A DNA stretch of 64,000 nt from a virus, in IMG/VR virus record IMGVR_UViG_3300025120_014916, positions 72,410 through 136,409 of that record, one strand, 5' to 3'. The notes beneath the pieces were generated by a model. It did not search any database and was not told the origin of the DNA. It was given only the letters and a program-made list of their open reading frames with translations. Made by a program: the position numbers and the translations under genes. Positions 1 to 10,108 of the stretch are shown piece by piece (the stretch's first letter is position 1; each line of letters opens with the position of its first letter).

Positions 1-3000
1 TCTATCAGAGTAACTTCCACCACCTAGTGACTCCGGCCTTGCAAATGACGCATTCATAGGTATCTTGTCTAAGTATGATCCAAAGTATTCGTCTTTTGTT
101 GAGATATTAAATTTATCTACAACAGCTTCACTACCTATAGGTTCATTTATCTGTACAGACGTCAGCGATTGATTCATATTTTCATGATACTCTTTATTTT
201 CTTTGACAAGCGAACCGTAAAGGTGTAATTTTAGATTTTTGCCTATTGTCATTTTATTAAATGAAGTGTCAGTATTTCCGGGTACGCCCTCAATCCCCCC
301 AAGTGGGAGTGGATAATGAAACGTTAATGTTACTTTATCTTCTGGTAGAAGAATATAAGGCGAGATGTTAATATTCGAGCCCTGAATATTTCCGGAGGTT
401 TTTATCTTATAGGGTAATTTGTCTGAATAGAAAGCATTTATATCATATTCTTTAACGTTACTTTTATCAATTGAATAATTGTTGTTTATTATTCCTCTTG
501 CTGTCTTGGTAAAAGTTGTTACACTTTGATTTGTTTCTAGTTTATCTGACAGGGTAAAACCTCGGCCTCCGGTTGGATTACCTGAGTATACTGCAAACAG
601 TTCCCCTGTATCCACGCCTTTAAGATAGATTCTTTGCGTTTCAGAAACAATTGGCATATTCCTAACAGGTGCTTCAATAGTAAAACTACCTGTGATGGGA
701 TTTAATCCCACATCGGCCCAATTTAATGGTTGACTGCTTATATTAGATATTTCATGAGTTCTGTCTCTAGACAACCCATCGTTTAAAAGTTTTTCTACAT
801 CTATTTTTGAATTTGATGACGTTGCATATAGGGTCATCTGTCCGTATGTTATTAATTCTGCTGTATGACGTGGGTACCCAAAAATATTATCTGACGTTGA
901 ATCTAAAATATCTCTTCTTTCAAGCGTGCCATCATTTTTTTCTATTTTGAAGTTTTGGGAATACAACTTTCCTGAATTCTTGTTGAGACGTAATAATGAA
1001 AAAGATGGAATCATTACTAGCGATGAATCAGACATCTTTTTTGAAGGTTTGTTTTCTGATGTATTGTTGTAACTATATGAAAGTTTATATGCATCCCTAG
1101 AACCTGTATTAACACTATTCGCAAATTCAAATTTTGAATCAAATTCTAAAACTACTTTTTCTAGCAAGAATGGTTTTGAAATATAGTTTTTAAGACTTAT
1201 ACCTACATCATGGTTACCCCAGAATCTCGAATCGGCTGGAAACCCAAAAGATGTTGTGGGTTGTGCAAATGATGACAAGGCTTCCCTAGATCTGTTTTTT
1301 AAGTTGGTTTGAGAAGTTGAAGCTGATGCCACTGTATCTATTGTTGTAAATGCTTGTCCGTTTTTATTTAAAAATAATTCAAAGTCCCCAGCATTTTGGT
1401 ATGTTACTGCGCGCCATGGGAATACTGAGGGTGAGAATTTTTTTTGAGTTTCATCCCAATAGACATTTATATTTTGGGCAATATTCGGATCGTTTACTGC
1501 TGTATATACAGAGTTTCCAGATGTTGAATTTAAATTATTTGAATAATTCTCAGTAATTCCTATTACTTGCTCGAAATTACTGTTTAAATCAATTGTAAAT
1601 GAAGTTTTATCTTTTAATGGTGAAGTAAAACCATCTATAATGTTACTATCTACACCTTCGTCAAAAAATGATCTTCCAGTGAAAGGCAACATTACGTTGT
1701 CTTTAAATGCAGTTATTTTCTGGTTTTCATCTGTAAAATATAATGAAGCATCTGAAATACCGGATACAGTACGTGCTGTTGTTGTTATATCTGATCGCGT
1801 GTGTGGGGTTGCAATAAAGTTTTGATCAATATACTTTCCTGCAAAAGATTCATGATCTATTAATATTGGATATCTTATTTCCTGGTTTGCAGAAAGAATC
1901 TCAATTCTGCCAATCCCCCAACAAGTATCTAAAGATCTAAATCTGATTCGGTATGGATTTCTGGAAAATACCATGCCAGACTTATCAATATCTTTAAAGT
2001 GAATTGTAAAAGATCTTCTAAACTGGTGCTGCTTAGGTGTCAATATTATTCCGTTTGAGTATTGAGGACTATAAAACTCTTCCAAGCTAGTTTCATCTGT
2101 TGCTGTATGTGTTTTTATTACTTTCCAAGGTGCCCCGGGTAAAGTCTGTATTTCAACAAACAAACTTGATCCTGGACTAGTAAGCGGTTTAGAAAGATTC
2201 AAATGACCCGATTTTTGATTATAGGGACCAAGTATTAAATCATAATATATTATTGCGTTGTTGACGTAGTCTTTTGTTTGTATCCAAGACTCGCCTGGCT
2301 GAGAAAAAGAAAGTGCTTTATCATATACTTTGCCAGAAACACCAATCTTTTGTTCTCTTTTTATAGATGCTAATGAAACAATCCACAAATTGTCGTCAGG
2401 TATTATACCTAATTTTGGAATATTAAAAAGTCTTTCGCTATCTGTTATATTAGAACTTAAAAATCTGTGCCTTCCTTTTTTAAACTCATCTATTATTTTA
2501 CTACCAAAAAACAATGTGTGTTTATCATCAAAAGGAGCCCTATCCTTAACACGACGGTCACTTCTATCACCTGTTCTATTAATTACTGACAAACTGTTTT
2601 GCTTTTGATCTCTAATTTTTTGCATAATTTTAGGAGATAAGTTTATATAGCCGCTATCTCTTCCAAATACATTAGAGTTTTCAAGTATGCAATTTCTTGT
2701 TGAATCGCAAACAGCGCCTACGTCCTCAGCTGATAAAGCAGAAGACCAAATTGCAATGTCGAATAGAAGACTGTTAGGAAGCTGGGTTCCTCTTACATAA
2801 ATCATATTTGTTTTACTAAGGCTGGTCATTGAGCTAGCATTAGCAGGAATTGCAGTTGAAGCGAATATTAAAGGGGTAGTATAGGTATGCATTGCTGCAT
2901 AGTCTGCCGGGGTTTCTCCTTCTCCTGCTGAACCCAAAACATCACTCATGAATGCTTGATGTGTTGATACCCAAGTATTTTTATCAGCACCTGAAAAAGA

Positions 3001-3906
3001 ACGCGAACGACTAGCGACAACGCTTGGTACATCAGACGTGTTTGTGGAATCAACGCAATTAACGTATATCTTCATTCCGGCTCTAGTTCCTGATCCGTCA
3101 TATGTCACACAAATATGATTCCATTCTCCTGGTTTTAAAATATTAGCTGATGATCTAACTGACAAAGTAGAACTAGTTCCTGAATATGAATATGTTGTAC
3201 CGGTCAAACCTGATGTGATGTTAACATCAAACAATGTAAATTCTAGTTTTCCACACTCCTTTATAAACAAACCGTATTGAAATGTTTTATGAAATATGGC
3301 AGGTGAATTAAGTCTTAAAGTGCCGCCTCTATCGTATACTCTTTGCGGATTTTGCGTCGAATCAACTGGGTGGTACCATATGCTTATGGTAAACGGTGTA
3401 TCTTGTGTTGCGCCGGCGTTGGCAAAATTAATATTTGAAATATTGTCAATAAATAACTTGTCATCACCTATATTTGTAGCCAAACAATTATTATCTTTTG
3501 ATGGTGCACTTATCATTGTTGTGTTTAACCAATAACAATTATCTCCGCATAGTGACATATTTTCCATACTAAAATATGATCTTAGCTTTCTAGGAAGTAG
3601 ACTAGTTAAATATGAAAATTTTGCACTGTCTGATTGTTGGAATACTTGAGTTTTTGCAATTTTTGATGTAAATAAAGAAATATCTGATGAATTCAAACTT
3701 CTGTCGTCTGCTACCTTAATAAATGTATCATCACCTAGTGCTTGAATAGAACCGGTTTTGTCTCCGCAAAAGTTAGACCAAAATACTAAATTTTCTTTTT
3801 GAGTATACACTTTTTCTGAATTTTGAGATATGTAATTTTGATTATGATCATAATAGTCTGTGGCTATCAATTCAGTTGTTCTAGTTTTATTATTAAGTCT
3901 TGGCAT
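1..3906 (-). CDS. Large baseplate/tail structural protein with a LamG (concanavalin A-like) domain; 3' end lies beyond the window (>1302 aa)
   Basis: ATG at 3906 preceded by AGGGA. I read the frame codon by codon and found no stop down to position 1. It begins MPRLNNKTRTTELIATDYY and has LamG motifs TPFTISIWYHP, LKPGEWNHICVTYDGSG..MKIYVN and FDIAIWSSALSAEDV. It sits downstream of baseplate genes. Confidence 0.8.
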   Translation of the reverse strand, partial: MPRLNNKTRTTELIATDYYDHNQNYISQNSEKVYTQKENLVFWSNFCGDKTGSIQALGDDTFIKVADDRSLNSSDISLFTSKIAKTQVFQQSDSAKFSYLTSLLPRKLRSYFSMENMSLCGDNCYWLNTTMISAPSKDNNCLATNIGDDKLFIDNISNINFANAGATQDTPFTISIWYHPVDSTQNPQRVYDRGGTLRLNSPAIFHKTFQYGLFIKECGKLEFTLFDVNITSGLTGTTYSYSGTSSTLSVRSSANILKPGEWNHICVTYDGSGTRAGMKIYVNCVDSTNTSDVPSVVASRSRSFSGADKNTWVSTHQAFMSDVLGSAGEGETPADYAAMHTYTTPLIFASTAIPANASSMTSLSKTNMIYVRGTQLPNSLLFDIAIWSSALSAEDVGAVCDSTRNCILENSNVFGRDSGYINLSPKIMQKIRDQKQNSLSVINRTGDRSDRRVKDRAPFDDKHTLFFGSKIIDEFKKGRHRFLSSNITDSERLFNIPKLGIIPDDNLWIVSLASIKREQKIGVSGKVYDKALSFSQPGESWIQTKDYVNNAIIYYDLILGPYNQKSGHLNLSKPLTSPGSSLFVEIQTLPGAPWKVIKTHTATDETSLEEFYSPQYSNGIILTPKQHQFRRSFTIHFKDIDKSGMVFSRNPYRIRFRSLDTCWGIGRIEILSANQEIRYPILIDHESFAGKYIDQNFIATPHTRSDITTTARTVSGISDASLYFTDENQKITAFKDNVMLPFTGRSFFDEGVDSNIIDGFTSPLKDKTSFTIDLNSNFEQVIGITENYSNNLNSTSGNSVYTAVNDPNIAQNINVYWDETQKKFSPSVFPWRAVTYQNAGDFELFLNKNGQAFTTIDTVASASTSQTNLKNRSREALSSFAQPTTSFGFPADSRFWGNHDVGISLKNYISKPFLLEKVVLEFDSKFEFANSVNTGSRDAYKLSYSYNNTSENKPSKKMSDSSLVMIPSFSLLRLNKNSGKLYSQNFKIEKNDGTLERRDILDSTSDNIFGYPRHTAELITYGQMTLYATSSNSKIDVEKLLNDGLSRDRTHEISNISSQPLNWADVGLNPITGSFTIEAPVRNMPIVSETQRIYLKGVDTGELFAVYSGNPTGGRGFTLSDKLETNQSVTTFTKTARGIINNNYSIDKSNVKEYDINAFYSDKLPYKIKTSGNIQGSNINISPYILLPEDKVTLTFHYPLPLGGIEGVPGNTDTSFNKMTIGKNLKLHLYGSLVKENKEYHENMNQSLTSVQINEPIGSEAVVDKFNISTKDEYFGSYLDKIPMNASFARPESLGGGSYSDR

Positions 3907-3910
3907 TATT

Positions 3911-5092
3911 TTATTCCCTTAAAAGGCCGGCAAAAGCTATTGAGTCTGTGCCCAGGATGGTCTGTATTACATTTTCATACTTAGGTCTTAGTATACTACC
4001 GTTACCACTACTTTTAAACCTCGTACCTACGTCCGAAACGTCTCTTGTTGATTCACTGCTTAATATTGCATTTTGCAATTTTTCGTTTTTTATACTAGTA
4101 TATCTCGCTTCGTAAGCCCTGTCTTTTGCTATCTTGTCAATGTAAGGTGGACTCATATACTTTCCAGTAGACACATAGCCATCCAAACTATACTGATATC
4201 CTGACGTTGTGGTGTTTCCTAGCTTAGTATACGTAAATTTACTGTCTGCAAATACCAAATCTTGACAATCTTCAAAAAAATCATACTTGTAAGATTCAAA
4301 ATCAGTTTTATTCTGTATTTGGCTGGTTCCTTTTCTCAACTCAGTTGTACTGCCGGCCGGTAAATCCCACGGTCCAGAACAAAAAGATGCTCTGATTCCT
4401 CTTACTTGAATATCAGCTGCAGATGTATTTGCTTTTTTACTTCTAACTTCAAGTACGTCAATGGCACCGTCATAAATGGCTTCTTCAGGTTCAGTATAAT
4501 GCAAATAATCTTCAACGTTGTTATTGATGATCATATAAGCTCTATAGTATTTTCCTCTTCTAATATATTCCACTGGGTCCAGGCGTCCCGGATAATCATA
4601 AAAAGGATTAAACTTTTTTTCTATTCCGTCATTTATAACATTAAAATTATAAGAGTACAATTGACCAAATGTTGTTTCTTCATATGTATTAACAACATTA
4701 CCAAATTCATCAACAACCTCGGGTGAGTTAATTGTTAAATGTGGTAGCATGGAACAAACTTTATCGTTTAAGTGATTGACATTGTGACCTTGTTTAAAGT
4801 CTGAAAGACTGTGCGAAGAAACAGAGTCTCCTAAAATCGACACCCTACCTATTCTTTTAACACCTAAGGTATCATCCTCAATTACTACTTTGACTTCAGA
4901 CTGTTTTCTTTCAACAGTTATCTGGCCTATTCTAACTGTGGCAGCTGTGGAAACTGACTGTGCTGCTTCGTCGACATTCTTTAATGTATCTGAAGGAAGC
5001 CCAGCAGCTTTGTCAGAAAAAAATGTTGTCATGTGCTTTCTTAATCTATTATTAAGTCTGGCCTTGACTATGTGTGATGTAACTGATGCCAT
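3911..5092 (-). CDS. Hypothetical protein in the baseplate operon (probably structural)
   Basis: 393-aa ORF tightly packed between two large structural ORFs; no motif recognised. Confidence 0.65.
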   Translation of the reverse strand: MASVTSHIVKARLNNRLRKHMTTFFSDKAAGLPSDTLKNVDEAAQSVSTAATVRIGQITVERKQSEVKVVIEDDTLGVKRIGRVSILGDSVSSHSLSDFKQGHNVNHLNDKVCSMLPHLTINSPEVVDEFGNVVNTYEETTFGQLYSYNFNVINDGIEKKFNPFYDYPGRLDPVEYIRRGKYYRAYMIINNNVEDYLHYTEPEEAIYDGAIDVLEVRSKKANTSAADIQVRGIRASFCSGPWDLPAGSTTELRKGTSQIQNKTDFESYKYDFFEDCQDLVFADSKFTYTKLGNTTTSGYQYSLDGYVSTGKYMSPPYIDKIAKDRAYEARYTSIKNEKLQNAILSSESTRDVSDVGTRFKSSGNGSILRPKYENVIQTILGTDSIAFAGLLRE

Positions 5093-5102
5093 AATAATTC
5101 TC

Positions 5103-8100
5103 TTAAAATTTACAAATTTTGGTAGTTAGTTGTGATAAAAGTAGTGTTCCACGGTTCGGATCTCTAGGTAGTGATTTTAAATAAATCTCATCAAAAAGAT
5201 ATTTAAATCTATTTCTTTCTAAAACATGCGATTCATATACAAAATTAATACCCATAAATGTTGTTGTTCTAGGTATGAGAGAATAAACTAAGTCTGTATA
5301 AGAATTATCAATCCATTTAAAAATATTTCTATATCTTCCCAAATCTAGATCTTCTATGACATTATGAAAGTAAACATTACTAAAAGACCTGATGTCACGA
5401 TATTCCTCTGCGAACAATGAATTTGGTTGACCTAATGCATTTTCAATGGGCTGAAAGTCTGGAAATATCGTCATAATATTTTCATTAAGCCCTTTCATAA
5501 CTGACATGTCTATTGAAAACCTAGTATCGTCTACAGTTTCTTCAAGTAGAGGTGTTTCATAAACAGGTGAAATTAAAGCAAACTTATTATCTTTTAAAAA
5601 GCTAGAATTCTGTAGAGATCTTATACGGATTTTTTCTTTTGTGCTGTTTAAGTCAAAATTTTCAGATAGTATTTCGTATATGTGATGATTTGGTGTCATA
5701 ACAATTTTTAGCGGTTCAAAATTTTCCCCTTGCAAATGCAAGTTATTTTGTGAAAAGTCAAAAAATTTAATTTTTCCATCTACTTTTGAGCTAGTTGTTG
5801 CTTGTTTTCCGTAGGTTTGAAGTCTCAATCTTTCAAAGCTACCGGTCTCACTTAAAGAAAAGTTATAATTAATTTCAGGATTGTTTGTGCCAACTGAGTT
5901 TGGATTTTTTGCATAACTTAAAAATTCATTTTCTTTTTTAAATGATGACCAAAAATTTAAATAAGATACTTCACCAGAAAATATTGTTGACTTATATTTT
6001 TCGTCACTACTTTTATTGATAAACTTTGCTGATGATTCTATACTTTGTGAACCTATTATTAAAAAAGACCCAGAAGAATTATACTGTGGTGACCAATTGG
6101 TGACAACTGAATCGCTTTTTTTAGATATGAAAGAAGAAGTATAATGATACTCTTGCTGCTTACCACCTAAATATTTTGCTGCTCTTAAGAAATATTCGTC
6201 ACTATAAGTATTACTTGAATTAATTCCATTGTTTTTCGAAAAGTTAATTGACCATATGTCGCCGTCTAAAATATTAACATTTTTTATTTCAATTGAATTA
6301 ATTAAATTGTTAGAAACTCCGTCGCTTATATGCGCGTTTATTGCTGTGTCGGTTGCAACAAGATTAATTACTGTACCTTCTTTATTTGTGCTAGCATCTG
6401 ATCCCGTTACATTCACCCTAAACAAGCTTTGTGTTGACGGGTGATTTAATCTCTTGTCAAAGGTATAATAACCTTGTATCGTAAAAGAAGACGTTGTGAA
6501 AAGGCCATCAGATTTATCGTTACTTTGACCGTTTACGTATGAACCTTTTATTATGGGTATACCCATTTCGCTTCTAGTGCCGGACAAATAAGGAGATTTT
6601 AAAGATGGGGTAGATGAGCTTCGACCCTCATTGTTTAAAGCAGTAATATTTAAATTAGAAATACTTCCTGAAAAATTTAAAAAATTAATAATATCTTTTT
6701 TTAACTCTACAGATGTTGACAAGTCTTTGGTTTTTGAGCCGCCATATTCACGAAAATTAAATATATTTTCAGCTTCAATACCTGAAGAACGAAATATAGA
6801 CCTAATTGCGTCCATATGTCCTTTTGTTTGCTTGATATTTGCAATATCTGATAGTATTCTGCGCCATATTAGGTTTTGTAACTCTTGAAGGCCTCTTACA
6901 GCTAGTTCAGGATTGCTTTTGATGTCGTAACCAGATATTAACTGGTCTACATTTGCATTTGAAAAAAGGCTTGGCAGGTTGAGCCCTAAGTGAGTACCTA
7001 GCCTACTAAGAAACTTATTTGAAACTGTTTCGTATTCATCGTATTCTACAAAATTAATTTTTGAAAAATGATCTAGATATATCTTGATCTCATCGAATAT
7101 TTTTGCCCAACTTAAAAGAAGTTTAACTAATAGTTGAATTGATGTTCTTGTATTTTGCGTTGACTGAATTGATGACTTTTCGCTTAGCGCGTTTTCTAAA
7201 TTGCCGAGTGTTTTTTGAAGATTATCTTGCTCATTTCCTAGTTCTAAGTAGTGGGGTGGCACCAATTTTGTAATTAAGTTTGGATTTACATTATCATATT
7301 CAACTGCTTCATCTAACAAACTTGTGTTTAATGCTACGACCGGTGCATAGCCCGGAAACAATACGGGTGAATCTGACATTTTTTCCAGTTTAACAGGCTG
7401 TGTTGTGTGACTACCTGTATTTCTTGTATACGCTGCGAGATAATTTTTTATTGTTGAATTTAGACTATTTCCTGACGCGTCTAATACAATGTTGTTGCCG
7501 GCATACACACCAAAAGGTTCATTAAACTTATAATACAGTGCTAGATTGTCATGACCTGACACAGATCGATACATATATTTTTTAATTTCTTTTTTAGATA
7601 TTGCCCTATGAAATATTCTTAATTCATCGATCGATCCTGTCAAAGTTTCTTCAAGGGTAAATATACTCTTGTCATCTCTTACATTGAACCCTCTACCTAT
7701 TGACATGTCACCTGTTGGAGATATGCTATTAAAATATACTTTGTTACTAGAGGTTGCATATGTATGATCCTGTATACTGTCAGACATAAGCATTAAAGAG
7801 CTGAACTGGTTGCAATCATGGTATTCAGCTGTAACATGAACAAATTCACCCTTAGGTAGTGTTGCTGATGCTTTAATTGATCTAGATCCTGAATTAATTA
7901 AAAAATCAATTTTGCAATTATTAACATCACTTGATGCGCTTAGGTATACACCAAAATTATAAGCAAGTGATTGATGTTTTTGAATGATCGCCTGATTGTC
8001 ATTTGATTGTTTTGGTAAGTTTATAAAAAATTGTACATTTAAAGGTAATGAACCCGGGTTTATTTTGCTTTCTGCCTTTTTGTTTTTAGATATATCTTTA

Positions 8101-8585
8101 TATTCAATACCTGAAAAGTCTTTAACGTCGATGTAAGTTCCGTTTAGTTGACTTTCTCCCTTTTTTGTTCCTGATAAAATTAAATAGCCTAGGTTTCTAG
8201 GATATATGTCATAAACATGTTTTTCATAGCCAGTTAGGCTATCTTCAAAAGATTCGATATCTTTATTTGTTCCTTCGTACGGAAACTTATTTAGTATTAA
8301 GTCAAAAGATTCATTAACTTTTGCAACAGCTGAATGGAAGAATGTATGATTAATAAAGTTGCTGTAATCAGTATTTATTTCTTGTGTGGACACTACGGCT
8401 TCTTTATCACCGTATCTGTAAGAAGCTGTACTAAAAATATTTGTATTTTTAAAAGATTCAAAAGAAATATTTTTATCTTGAGCTCGATTAAGATAATCAG
8501 ATGATTGCCTGGTACTTTTTCTCATTTTAGGTTTAAATAACTTACTAGGTTGTCGCTGCCTAGATATTGTTTTTCTTTTTGACAT
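5103..8585 (-). CDS. Baseplate wedge-associated protein with LamG domains and a P2 gpI/T4 gp7-like segment
   Basis: LamG motifs (GEFVHVTAEY, LTGSIDELRIFHRAIS, ALYYKFNE); wedge-like segment FLSRLGTHLGLNL...IWRRILSDIANIKQTKGHMDAIRSIFRSSG; co-transcribed with a gp6-like gene. Confidence 0.65.
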   Translation of the reverse strand: MSKRKTISRQRQPSKLFKPKMRKSTRQSSDYLNRAQDKNISFESFKNTNIFSTASYRYGDKEAVVSTQEINTDYSNFINHTFFHSAVAKVNESFDLILNKFPYEGTNKDIESFEDSLTGYEKHVYDIYPRNLGYLILSGTKKGESQLNGTYIDVKDFSGIEYKDISKNKKAESKINPGSLPLNVQFFINLPKQSNDNQAIIQKHQSLAYNFGVYLSASSDVNNCKIDFLINSGSRSIKASATLPKGEFVHVTAEYHDCNQFSSLMLMSDSIQDHTYATSSNKVYFNSISPTGDMSIGRGFNVRDDKSIFTLEETLTGSIDELRIFHRAISKKEIKKYMYRSVSGHDNLALYYKFNEPFGVYAGNNIVLDASGNSLNSTIKNYLAAYTRNTGSHTTQPVKLEKMSDSPVLFPGYAPVVALNTSLLDEAVEYDNVNPNLITKLVPPHYLELGNEQDNLQKTLGNLENALSEKSSIQSTQNTRTSIQLLVKLLLSWAKIFDEIKIYLDHFSKINFVEYDEYETVSNKFLSRLGTHLGLNLPSLFSNANVDQLISGYDIKSNPELAVRGLQELQNLIWRRILSDIANIKQTKGHMDAIRSIFRSSGIEAENIFNFREYGGSKTKDLSTSVELKKDIINFLNFSGSISNLNITALNNEGRSSSTPSLKSPYLSGTRSEMGIPIIKGSYVNGQSNDKSDGLFTTSSFTIQGYYTFDKRLNHPSTQSLFRVNVTGSDASTNKEGTVINLVATDTAINAHISDGVSNNLINSIEIKNVNILDGDIWSINFSKNNGINSSNTYSDEYFLRAAKYLGGKQQEYHYTSSFISKKSDSVVTNWSPQYNSSGSFLIIGSQSIESSAKFINKSSDEKYKSTIFSGEVSYLNFWSSFKKENEFLSYAKNPNSVGTNNPEINYNFSLSETGSFERLRLQTYGKQATTSSKVDGKIKFFDFSQNNLHLQGENFEPLKIVMTPNHHIYEILSENFDLNSTKEKIRIRSLQNSSFLKDNKFALISPVYETPLLEETVDDTRFSIDMSVMKGLNENIMTIFPDFQPIENALGQPNSLFAEEYRDIRSFSNVYFHNVIEDLDLGRYRNIFKWIDNSYTDLVYSLIPRTTTFMGINFVYESHVLERNRFKYLFDEIYLKSLPRDPNRGTLLLSQLTTKICKF

Positions 8586-8593
8586 TTTTACAC

Positions 8594-10108
8594 CTACTCA
8601 ACTATGAACTTTGAAGCAGCGTCTGTTATATAAGTATTTATGCTGCCTTGTTTGACTAAATATTCAAAAACATATGATCTACCTCGAGGCAAACTTGACA
8701 TGTAAAAGTCATAATACATACCATCAGAATCTGTAGATAATTTTGTTGAATTGTTTTTTATATCAAAAGGTATAAGCATCTTACCGTTGATAGCGTCTCT
8801 TACTGAATAGTGTACGTTTTCAAATATCTCGCTTGGCTTATCTATAGGGCCTTTTGTAAAAACAACTTCTCGGTCTGCGTTTTCAATAAACAAGCGTATC
8901 CTTACATAGTCTGTTTCTTTATATCTGTCATTTAAATTTAATGTGGTTGCCAAAAGCCTTCTTTCTCTATACTTTAAACTAGTCCTTAAGTTCTTTTTTA
9001 CTTTTAAAGATGAAGACAAGTATGTAATTGTTTCATCATTAGAAGACCAAATTGCATCAAACTCTAATTCTTTTTTTGTCTTAAGCGCTGTGTTTAAGCC
9101 GGTATCGTAACTTGAAAGAGCAAAAGAAGCAGAGTATAATCCAACTATTCTATTTTCGCTTCTAATGGCTTGTGACACATTGAAGTTTTTAGAAAAAGAT
9201 CCGGATCGGATTTTTAGTATCATCGCCCCTGTTGGCGCGATATCTGTATTATCAGAATTTTTAATATTGCTGGGTGCAGATCTAGAAAAGTTATTTAGAT
9301 ACAATGAACCTGAATAATCAAAAACATAATTTCCATGATTATCAGTAATACTGTCATTATATTTAATAACTAACTTTGGCCTCAATGCAGAATTTGCTGT
9401 ATTTCTTGATGCAAACCTTTTAACAAAGTAAGAGCGATCATCTTTTTCATATGATCCGGATAGCGCAACAAGTAGACCATTATTTGTTATTAAGTTCTTA
9501 ACTGACGCTGACACAAAACTGGTCACATCAATATTTAAGTTTTCCTCTCCTGTTGAAAAGAATTGTTCAGAGCAAAGAGGGATTGCAGAAGCCTGCCCTG
9601 CCAGTGTTCCACTTACTATGACGTCAATATTTGATTCTCCTAAGCTTCCTGATTTACTTGCCCCGGGTAATTGCCACGCTGTCAATACACCGTTTTTATA
9701 CGATGCAGTTATCCAGTTTGTTGCTCCTAAATCTTTGTATTCAGTTATATCGTAACCTGAACCCTCATCAAAGTCTTTTGCTAAAGGAAAGACTATTACA
9801 TTGAAGTTTGAAGGTGTGGTTTGGCCGCCGTATACATCGTGTAGAACTAAGCTTGCTTTAAAACTAGCATCGCCTACATTTATAGATCCGTTATTGTGCA
9901 TATCTTTGATGTCGCTTAAACCAAACTTTAAAAGAAGTCTAGAGTTTTCAATTGGCTTGGTTTCTCCGGAGATCGATGATTCATTATATAACTTAAACAA
10001 GTCAAGAGTTCCCGCCTGGCCTACATTCGCATCAGTTGCTCTGAATCTGTTGTTTATTATTTTATTGGTAATGTAGCCGTCTTTACTAGCTGATAAAACT
10101 CTTTGCAT
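8594..10108 (-). CDS. Baseplate-region structural protein with an N-terminal DNRLRE/CBM96-like beta domain
   Basis: SKDGYI...NSRLLLKFGLSDI...ASLVLHDV...RPKLVIKY pattern; start overlaps the stop of the gp6-like gene. Confidence 0.5.
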   Translation of the reverse strand: MQRVLSASKDGYITNKIINNRFRATDANVGQAGTLDLFKLYNESSISGETKPIENSRLLLKFGLSDIKDMHNNGSINVGDASFKASLVLHDVYGGQTTPSNFNVIVFPLAKDFDEGSGYDITEYKDLGATNWITASYKNGVLTAWQLPGASKSGSLGESNIDVIVSGTLAGQASAIPLCSEQFFSTGEENLNIDVTSFVSASVKNLITNNGLLVALSGSYEKDDRSYFVKRFASRNTANSALRPKLVIKYNDSITDNHGNYVFDYSGSLYLNNFSRSAPSNIKNSDNTDIAPTGAMILKIRSGSFSKNFNVSQAIRSENRIVGLYSASFALSSYDTGLNTALKTKKELEFDAIWSSNDETITYLSSSLKVKKNLRTSLKYRERRLLATTLNLNDRYKETDYVRIRLFIENADREVVFTKGPIDKPSEIFENVHYSVRDAINGKMLIPFDIKNNSTKLSTDSDGMYYDFYMSSLPRGRSYVFEYLVKQGSINTYITDAASKFIVE

